DNA of 62,584 nt, filler included, from Platydemus manokwari (taxonomy: Eukaryota), in the NCBI GenBank assembly GCA_037951405.1. It is 6 parts of 6 records of this genome, joined end to end, with 100 filler letters (N's around TTAATTAATTAA, not from the genome) between each part and the next. Parts side by side here need not be neighbours in the genome. Positions count along the whole stretch, not along the records: positions 52,292 to 62,584 come from JBBMOY011147993.1; 5 more parts are not named here. One strand, 5' to 3'. Every line of letters starts with the position of its first letter. The stretch's first letter is position 1. A program made the position numbers and the translations under genes. The notes under the pieces were generated by a model. That model saw nothing but the letters and a program-made list of their open reading frames with translations, ran no database searches and was not told the origin of the DNA. Positions 52,292 to 62,584 of the stretch are shown piece after piece.

Positions 52292-52935
52292 TAAACCTTT
52301 AACAACCTGTGACTATCTACTAAAAATTTAAAGTTATTTCTACAAAAAGACAATAAATGCTTAGTATAATAAATGAAATCGTTTTTTTCATCATTGGGTA
52401 CTTCTAACACAAGCTGAATTTATAGAAAGTTTTTAATTAATTTTTATTATTTAATTAACTTTCCTCCGCTACTTTAATTTTTTGTCATCTTTGATGGAGT
52501 AGATGCATTCCTTAAGACTTAACATAAAAAAGCTTCTGGTAGAAAAGATAGAATTTCACTGACAATTAAAGCAATCAAAATAAATGACAAACAATTCAAC
52601 ATGGTATTCTCGTTTTAAAGAATATCTCAGAAAAACAGGTTTTTATTTAAGAATAAATAACTACTTGCATGACTTTTAAACTATTATTTTGGAGAAAGTT
52701 AGATTTTTAAATCAGATTTACTGTTTCCGTGGATCGTGAGGGTTGTATATTTAAATATCATTCCGTTTTCGACAATGGAGGTTGAATTAAAAAGAATCTA
52801 AGAAATGTAATCTCTATCCATCTATGATTTAATATTTTTGACGTGAATATTTATCTATGTATTGATTTAGCTCCATTAAAACATTATTTTTATTAAGCAG
52901 TACCATTATTTATAATTCGATTTACTCTTTTTCAG

Positions 52936-55900
52936 TTATCGGATGTCACAGTATTAGCTGTTTTTATGAGAGAAGATTCGGGAAAGCTTTGTCGTCAGAA
53001 AATTGTCAACACCTGTCTTAAATTGATAAACAGTACCGTCGCAAAATGGAATCAAGATCCAGTAGTGATGCAAGCTGTTGTCACATTAATGCTTAACACA
53101 ACATGCTCATTGTCAATGTAAGATGTTCCCATAATTTATAATATTGTATTTAATGTCTTCGTGTGTATTAATTATCGAAATCTCATACCATTGATTCAAA
53201 CTTCTTTATCTGTTCTCATTTATCTTGAAAAGGTGTATTGTTGATTATTATCCTCTATAAGGGTTGCATATTATATCATCAAACCAATTATTTTTCTATA
53301 AAAATAATGTTTGGAGTCTTATTCTTGAAATTCAGTTGCGAGAAGGAAATAATAAAGCGAGATTTTACAAATATAAATAAAATAGATGTAGCACTGAATT
53401 TCTCTTTTATTATCTATTGACATTTTTGTGAAATTCATTATATTAGAAGAATCGAATCACTTTTTAAAACAAGCATGACTAATTTAGAGATAAAAATGAT
53501 TCTTCAGACATCCTTTAGAGTTTTTAATGCTACATTAACACAGATCAATATATGCTACTTATTATGGTTGAGATATTTGTATTGATTTAAGTTTTTATTA
53601 AAGAGAAATTCTTATTATTGAGTGAGTTTCTTGTGAACTGTAGTATAGTGGAATAATCAAATTATTTGATTTACAGCTGACGTTAATTGAGAGTAAATTT
53701 GTGTATATTTAGATCAGAATTTATGCTTGAGATGTTTCCATATTATATTATTAAAAATATATTTTTCACCATCTTTGGAATATTTGTAGCAGTATTGTTA
53801 ACTGGAGTTTTGTGTGTTGTATTCTCGTAAATTTATGGAATTAATCCTTTCTGATTGCTTTGATTTGCTTTTTCAAGTAGATTGAAACATAATAATGAGG
53901 AATTGTTTCGATTTATTGTCGAACAATATACAATAGAAATATATCGATGTTTTATATTATCTCAAGTAAATGACCTAATTAGGTCGTTGATTGACCTTTC
54001 TAACAACTAATCCCAAGATCTAACTCGAAAATACAACCAATTTCATTGCAATCTGATATTGATTTCAGAACAACTTTAATATTTTTGTTAAACTCTATTG
54101 TTTTATTATGGATCAATTAATCAATAAATACGTGAATGATAATTATATGTTTTGATAAAATGAAAATAAATCGATATCTAGAAGAGATTTTTAGATTATT
54201 TATTCTTTTGTGAGAAATGTTTTGTTCTATGTGTGTGCTCCTTTAATCAATATCAAGATAATTATGAATGAAAAAACTTATAAATAAATAAATAAAAATA
54301 TATATAAAAATAAATTGAGATGTATTTATTTATCTCATCAACAACAATGTAAATATTCAATAGAGCTCGGTTGTTATTGGTCTCTGAAATTTGGATGAAT
54401 GAAATGACAACAATGATAGTTTATGCTGCGCCACCATACAATGGCATCAATGATGAAATGTTCTCTCAATTAATCACATCCGTCATGAATGTTGCATCTG
54501 CTACAACAACTGAACAACAATTGCATACATATCTGAAGGTAATGGGCTGTTTGGTAACACGTTTCAGATATATGATCGAACATGACAACTCTAGATTCTT
54601 GATCCAATTGGAGTGAGATTGTCTAAACTGTTTAACTCACCGGATATTGCTAAAGTTTCCGAAACTGAAATTATAACTTGTCTCTCTTTCATTCGGGGAA
54701 TGGTTATGACCAAGTGGCCTTCACGACTGTCAAGAAATTCATCAGAATGGTCTATGAGCTATCGGAAATTATATGACACCCTTTATCCCTGGCTGGAAAA
54801 GAGTGTTGAAGTATTGTGTAAAGTAAATCGATATTGTTCGTTTGAATATAAATTTGAAGCTAACTTCATTAGCATTACCTTCAATGCCCTGCTGTCATTC
54901 AATTACTACTCGAGAGCTTTTTAGAGGTATCCAAAACAATGCTTCTCGAGTTGAGTAAAACACAAACCACTCAATTTTATCTGTTAAATCTCAACATATT
55001 TCGATTGTATTCTGAGAAAAAGTTTGGTAAGTTGTTATCTGTGTAATTATATCTGCTGCAATAATATTTTATCTTATTGGTTACGCGTTTCTTTATATAT
55101 TATTCATTATATCTACTACTACTGCGGACTCCAGTTTTGTTTATTTCGCTGGAGTGGTAATAGCGATATGAGTATTTTATGATGGTTTGCTGAGTGAACC
55201 ACTGAAAATTCCAGCCGATATTAATGATAATATTCACCAGTAGAACCTCGAATCCAGTATTGGTCAATTCTAATCCTCTGTCATCTCCATTACATTCGCT
55301 ATCACTTACCCAATTGAAGTTTGACCTTATATATAAATGTGCGTGTTCAGTGCTTATGATATTGCACAGTTATGGGTTTTTAAAATCATCATTTGCTTAG
55401 TTTTGCTATGCTAAAAACAACCCAGCAAATATGATTTGAAATAAGAGATTGTAAAATCATTTCTATATATGAGAACTGGTTCGTTCTTAAAAATGGAATA
55501 AATGTGTTCCTTATATATTTATTTGTAACGTTTCGTATTATTGAGGGCTTGATTATGATTCCTTTATTGATTGTTTCTTCACTAACCTTCATGGGTTTTC
55601 CATTAGATTTGTAAGGATGATTCACGGATAGACCAATCCTATGTAACCCATTGTTCTCACCCCATACTGGATTCGAATCATTTAAAATATCTTTTTCGGT
55701 TTCATATCAGTAGACACTATTTTGTATTCCACACACGGGTTGTCTTAACGGAGATATTATCACTATTATATTAGATTCATCAATCTCTGCCAATATGACA
55801 AGAGAAGAAACCATAATGGAAATCAAATACATTTTTACAATAGCTTCGGAACTTTTGAGCCGTCAAGTTTTCGATGAATTTGATTTGGATGAGTTGGATA

Positions 55901-58900
55901 ACAAGGATGAAATTTTAGGATATGATGTGATAGCTCAACTAGTCTACCAGTTGGCTCCTTTTATTTCATCTGATATTCTGGAGGTATTTTGCTTGTTATT
56001 AATATGTTTTTTTGAATTTCTGAGAATTTTTTTCAAAAATATTTTTATATTAATGATCTAAATAAATATTCTAAAAGATTATATATATGATAATATCAAA
56101 ATACTGACTCGTATCTATTAGATGCATACCCTTTATAAGGTTTTAGATACATTTATTAGGGGGATATTTCCTATTTTAATGCTCGCCTTAACAAAGATGA
56201 TAAATATTGAATTAATGAGCCAATTAGTAATTGATCTATTCAAGTACCAGAGATAATCGTAATAATCAAGACCAGCAAATATTATCAAATAATTGAAGAG
56301 TTGATAAGTAACAATTTTATGGATTGAACCGTAACTAATTTTCAGCTATATCGTAAGTTATGAAATAGGAGATGTGGAAAAGAAATGATTTAATTTGAAT
56401 CCAAAGACTCATCTTTCATTTCTAAGCACAATTTTCGTTATTCGATAGTCATTGTTTCATCACTATTTTTGTAAATTGATGAGATATGAATATTTTTATT
56501 CACTCCGTTAAATTTTTCAGATGAGGTTTGCCCATCAGTAAATATAAGAATTGAAATTTGTTTTCATTAACCTGTATTTTATTGATTTATATTTTTTAGT
56601 AAGAAACTTTTCTTTATTAGTTGAACACACAACAAATCTATATACTCTGACTGTGCTAATCAATACCTACTTTTTTCATCACAATGCTTGGTGTCAGTAA
56701 TTTTTAAACATTCCGAAAGGGGGTTGCGAGGGGAATTGCTTTTCCTCCTGTATAATCTGCAAAATGTCTTAAAATGATCACAAAAGAATGAGGCGTCCAT
56801 TTATCTTTATTAAAGTCCTAAATGCCATTTTAAAGAAAAATATTTTAATGAATCAATTTATGGATTCAGAAAATTATCTGAATTTCGTTTTGGTTTTTTA
56901 TTGATTTAGCTGAAGTATCAAAATTTGGTGTGAGGCCACAAATGGTCTCCATCACATGTGTGAAGGTTAAATATGAATGGATAAATTTGTTTTTCGTCCA
57001 AATTTTTGAGATTAGATTCATTGATCTTTTTCAATTCTAATATTTGTCCATAATATTTGAAAAATATATCGAAAATATTAGAAAAAAATAGTCACCCCCG
57101 AATCGTTGATTAAAGATGGATTTTTGGCTCATTTGAATTACCATATTTCTCTAGATGATCGATAATACATTTACAATATCTGGAAAACAATCAATATTAT
57201 GGCAATTATCCCTTATAAAATCAAATCTCTAATAATCTCTTTTATAATTATAATATTTTTGTTTCTACCCTAATTAATTCATTAAATACATTATATTGGT
57301 AATAAATATAAAACACAATATTATGTATTTATATCAGGTACCTGAAGTTGGAACGGTTTTTTTCCAATGTATTACTCTTGTGACTGAATTTAAAGCATCG
57401 ACTTTTCTTTTGAAAATGAATTACCAATTCAACAGCTCTTTACTTGGATTGTTGAGAGATTCAATATTAAAGTAAGTATTTTTGGAAATTTTATTTTATT
57501 CTTAACTCTATGTTGAGAGAATCTGGAATTCCTTCACCCTAACGGTTTTGTAGGTGGTTTGATACAATAAAATCAATCTCATTATCATTAGGATTTGTTT
57601 GATAAATTTATATTGATCAGACCTGGATATCTGCTAATTGTTACATTTCTATTGATAAAATATCGATATTAAGTAACAAATGAAACTCAAATTTATTTAT
57701 TTTAATAACGAATAGTAGCTTCTTAATCATCCTCATTCCTGGATAGGTCTGTGTCAGTGTTTCCTTTTATTAAATCTTTCTAATATTCCATTAAATATTT
57801 AATAAGATTAGTACTAAAATAATACTTTAACCAGAGTTTCTATCAACGAATAGGTTCTGACCATGAGATAATTAATATCATTGGTTTGGCTTGTCAGTGC
57901 CGTTGAGAGTAGAATGTTTCATCATAAGGCTGTATTTTTGTGACGATAATTCATAATTTTTAACGAATATCCTATATAGGAATCATTGAATTGAAAATTT
58001 TGTAAATGTGAAAGGGCAGTACAGAAATCAAGCAAAACGTACCGTGAGTAAATATGTTCTCATCAAAGGACCAGATAATTGATTTTAATATTCGTAATTA
58101 AAATACTTGTATGATGAATATTTTAATAAATTTATATATAAACTTTTCTGGTAGCCTACAATGCGTGTTTTCTAAAATGGTAGTGACTTACAGGATCAAT
58201 GTTACTACTTTCGTTGTATTACCATCTGATATTCTCTCAAAAATTCCGCTTGAAACACACACACATACTTCTTTAATTTACCACCTATTCAATTTTCATT
58301 GAAACGAAACTAATAACGTATTAATTATATAATTAAAAATATTAATTCATTATAGTGTTTCGGTTAAAGATTCATTTCAGGTGGTGTATTCCAATGTCAA
58401 GGAAAATTAAAATTCAATGATAGTTCGGTGTTTTTATATACTGTATTTTTCCGGATAGACACGAATCCATTTCTTCGATCCATAGATTTTTAAATGCGCT
58501 GTTTGTAAACACTCAATAAATTGACCAACATGCAGTATTAATTGCGAAAATTGTCGGCAAAATAAAATAGGAAGCTGATGATTTTGTCTTGTCAAATTTA
58601 TCAGCAAATTTATGATCGATCAATGTTTTCCATCAATTGATATATAATGAAGGTGCTATACAGGCTGTTATTCCTCAATATAAAAGTACTTGTGCAAAAG
58701 GAGATTATAATTTAGCGAAATTATTAGTAATGAGCAGAAAGATCGTCCATTATAATTTGTTTCTCTGTGATTGGAGTTCATGTTAAGATTTTGTTGATGC
58801 AAGATGTTTGTTTGAATTGCGAGTTTTCCAGCACAATTTTTATCCGGACATATACAGTGTATTTTGTATAGAGAGATTCAACAAAAGAAATTAACATCTT

Positions 58901-61186
58901 AGAGATTAAATATAAACATAATTCCAATTCTAATGAAGTGATATCAATTGACAAATCATAATATAGTGTTGTCTGGTCAATCTAATGTCGAAAAATGTGA
59001 AGTCATAATAACACGGAGCATTTTCGATTCCAATATTCTCTACTAATATAAGATTTATTGAATTGAATTTCAAACTTGGATTAAATTTTTTTTATTAATT
59101 TTATTTTTATTTCCAAATCTTGATAATATATTATTAACTTTTCCTTCAGCTCGAATTCTCAAATAAGCTCCTACAGTCTCAGGTCGATCATTTCATTAGC
59201 GAATGACTATTATGTCTTCACAACTGATCTCAAACCGGGTGAAGAGTCACCAATGAAATTTTCCTTGATCGATGATTTTAATTTCATTCTCGTAAAGATA
59301 ATGAATTGGTTGCGATCGGAAAATGTGGCCAGTGAAATGCTCGATTTTGTCAGTAGTACATTAATAGCTTTAGTTAAATTGAACCAAGTAATTTTTTGTT
59401 TTTTGGAATTATTTTTTCATATTTTTCATTGGAAATTTCCTGTTCAAATTATCATGATATTGAAAATATTAATATTGTAATCGATAGAATACAATCTTTA
59501 TTTTGAAGTTTATTATTGATTTTTACCTTAACTCTTATATTAAACCAAGTTTGTGAGTTGAAAAGTCCTTTTGATTAACATTTATTTATTCAATTCCTTT
59601 TCTCTTTGACGAGTTTTGGTAACAACATAACTTTCTGAATTATATTGATTTGATGGCTAAATAAGGAAATAGGGCCAAAATAGGACCAAAACCAACATTG
59701 AAGAATGACAAATGAGCATTATTTTGAATAATTTATGCATCGAGTTTAGTCGAATAAATTGGATTTATCTATTTATTGTATTCCCCCTTACAGGTTCATC
59801 AACATTGCTGCTATATCAATTTTGGATTCAGCATCCCCTTCTGGACAAACACCGACTCCGCAATGTTCATTATTTTTATCTTATATTAATGCGATATATC
59901 TAGATAGATTTAAAAATCCCCAATGAAATTTGTGTCTGAATTAACAGAGTAAATGATCGATATATGTGATCCACTTATTTATGATAAGTATTACTTGTTC
60001 ATGTAGCCTCAATAACATAAATAGCTCAAGTCAAGAATCAATGGTATTCGATATAACAATGCAAGCATTGATTATATTTTTTATAAATTTTGATTTTATT
60101 AAAAGTACAACCCAATCATTGTAAACAGATCTATATGATTTGCTATGAATATATAGATAAATATCATGTCAAGTTACATTATTATTATTTATTTGACTTA
60201 ACCAGACGATTCGGCTGGCTTAAAAATTTATTCGTTAGTCATATTGATGATGATTTTGAGAATTGATAAAATCATTGATTCCATCAGTTCAATTGTTGAA
60301 CCGTATTCACGTGATTTTATTTATTTAAATAATAATAATGGACTGTAAATTGTGTCTAAAAATCTTAAGGATAGTCTATTTTGGATTGAAGATTATCATT
60401 CGAAGTGATGATTCTCAACTGTTAATTTTAAATTGTAATCAATTTTGATGCACCTTTTCAATCTTAGATCTTAATTGATTATTTGTTGTTTTGATTGACT
60501 GAAAAATATGAAGTATATGATGTACAAATTGTTGTCAATAATATTGGGAATGATATGCCTGTATAATAGCAAAATGCAATTACAACGAGTATACGTAGTC
60601 ATGTGATAAGTAAATGCAATGGTTGTGTGGGATCGATGAGGGAATCATTAAATGATTTATTGGAGTACCTATTGGTCTACCCATGAAATATCTAATAAAT
60701 ATCAGTAATTCAATCAATAAGCCATCGTAACACTTAATTATTATGGTTTATAAACAATATATTCAATTTTAAACAATTATTTTAAAAGTCTTCGTTCACA
60801 ATTCGACTTGATCAGGTCACTGGGGTTTATAATTGTTATTTCGGTTTCGGCAATTTATCAATCTTCTTTGGATTTGACTGTCTCGAATCAATATGTAGAT
60901 ATGAGTGGCTGGACGAGTGATTTGTGTTAATATATTGTTATCATAATAATTAATCAATAAATATTTTTCATTGATTGTTTATTCCACCTAGGAGTACTTT
61001 TTAACAATTTTATCAGACTGGTTGAAATCGTTGAACAATCCATATGTTTCCAACAAAATTCAGCTTCTTGCTAACTCCATGGAACTGGTACCTCCAGAAG
61101 GATCGAGTATATCCTCATTTCATCGATGCAACATTGACAAATGGAACGAATTCGTGCAATTAGTGAATAACTATGGCGATTTGTAA
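52936..61186 (+). CDS. XPO4: Exportin-4-like, 3' part, 8 exons: 52936-53117, 54364-54538, 54595-54822, 54873-55026, 55775-55983, 57338-57471, 59150-59387, 60992-61186
   Basis: All GT-AG and phase-compatible. Colinear with the XPO4 C-half: AKWNQDPVV, ILDPIGVRLSKLF, PAVIQLLLESFLEV, ELLSRQVFDEFD, LAPFISSDILEVPEV, SEMLDFVSSTLIALVKLNQEYF, WNEFVQLVNN. The 5' half is absent. Confidence 0.75.
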
Positions 61187-62234
61187 AAATATTAATCTTT
61201 TTATCGAAATATAGTTTTTTTTAATCACTTGTGTGCTTATTTTTATGACTCGCTGATACTAATCGATTATTGTTTATCGTTTCGTGTTTGTACGAAATTT
61301 TCGAAATAAAAAAATTAAACATTCAACAATGATAATAAATACCTTTAAACAATTTGCATATTTTGCTACGAAATTATTCATTTTTCCATAACGCAGTCTG
61401 TTGTTTTATCTTTGTTTTAATTGGATAATTTATTTCTTTATCTGCACAACTAAATTGTTCGTCGTCTTTGTTTGATTTTCGCGTATTTTTTTGAGAAATA
61501 AAAGCGAACGGAAATTATTTGCATAAACAATTGACGATTATTATTGATAATTAGGAAAACAAATCTGAATGATTGTTGTTCCCCTTCTACTATCGGTATG
61601 TAGGAGTTTAATTGCAATATTTTCCCCATAAATTGTCTTCTAGGTCATTTTTGATGTAGATCCCTAAGATTTTACATTAAGTTGATTGTTATTTCGAATG
61701 GTTAAGTACAAACGAGTTTTGCTACCATTGACTCAATGTCTTATTTTTTGTTTGAGCAGAATCAATCGATCTTCTTGTCGTCTTGATATCTCTAAACTTG
61801 AATAAATTCCTTAAGGTAATCTGTTATGACAAAGATAACGCGAAAAATGAAAAATTCATGACAGTGATTCTGGATTTAATTTTTGATATTTTATTTAAAA
61901 ATTCAAATTATACAGTTTGTATACATAAGATGGAACGAATTCCCAGGACTTCATTTAAAATATTTCCCGTAAATAGAATCTATAATAAATTCTAAATTAT
62001 TATATTATATTTTTATCTAATTGTTGGGTATAAACAAAGAATAAAACCTGAAAGTTATAATTTAAACTACAATATCACATGCTTGATTTATGAACAGATA
62101 CAATTAAAATCATGTCACAAGTCAATAACAAATTACATGACGGGATCAGCCCCAAAAAGTTATACACAGAATAGAAAACAACCAAAAAGACTTCATGTTG
62201 AAAATCAAGTAAGAGTCAAGAATAGAATACAAAT

Positions 62235-62584
62235 TACCGACCAAACAAGACTGGCAGTTGCTCATCGAATCCAACTTCTGTTATAGACTTATTGCGTATG
62301 TCCATTTGATGTCCCGGAGCTTCGTTTTTCATTTACTGAATCCGTTCATGCATAGATGTGCTAGTAATTTTTTTGTATCTCTTGTGCCATTGACATATAT
62401 CTGAGTTTGTTACAATTTGTTGGTATGTACCAGTCCATTTTCAACTTCTAAATATTGATTAATATTAGAAGGAATCTGATTGGCTGTTAGCAAGTGTGCT
62501 TATCGGATCTGTGTGTATTGATCCTTTTTAGGGTTATTTACTTGGTTCTTACAATCATTTTGATTGATTTTTTAACTACACCAA
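62235..62584 (-). mobile_element. Degenerate Ty3/Gypsy pol fragment (integrase zinc-binding region)
   Basis: One frame with stops: YLEVENGLV...IYVNGTRDTKKLLAHLCMNGFSK*KTKLRDIKW...MSNCQSC, matching LxVxNG...H..HxGxxKTKxxLRxxVWWP...CxxC. Confidence 0.6.

Noticed and set aside
55240-55680. tRNA or SINE from B-box-like tcgaatccagta motifs
   Set aside because: No cloverleaf or paired A-box. At most decayed SINE pieces in an intron.

Overview
This window is very AT-rich eukaryotic (animal) genomic DNA with many 45-60 nt GT-AG introns. That style suggests a planarian or other flatworm, which is an inference. Five identical 100-bp spacers (N44-TTAATTAATTAA-N44) join six segments whose adjacency may be artificial. 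Recognisable genes are a PAN/apple secreted-protein first exon, intronless NEDD1, a 7-exon tektin-1, a 6-exon divergent DDX47/RRP3-like helicase, the last exon of an epsin (three NPF motifs, missed by the ORF track) and the 3' eight exons of an exportin-4-like gene. Less familiar sequences are a spliced FGF/IL-1-like beta-trefoil candidate, a frameshifted REX4/ISG20-like exonuclease lacking catalytic residues, and three orphan ORFs or exons. Intergenic DNA holds decayed mobile elements: REL-type non-LTR retrotransposons, jockey and RTE ends, a Buster hAT end, a Tc1 MITE, a Merlin-like TIR element, a Polinton protease relic, a Gypsy integrase relic and LTR-like units with a TATA-exon-intron layout. 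No CRISPR array, rRNA or tRNA was seen, and I cannot support a multi-gene novel system. All family calls come from motif recognition, not database searches.
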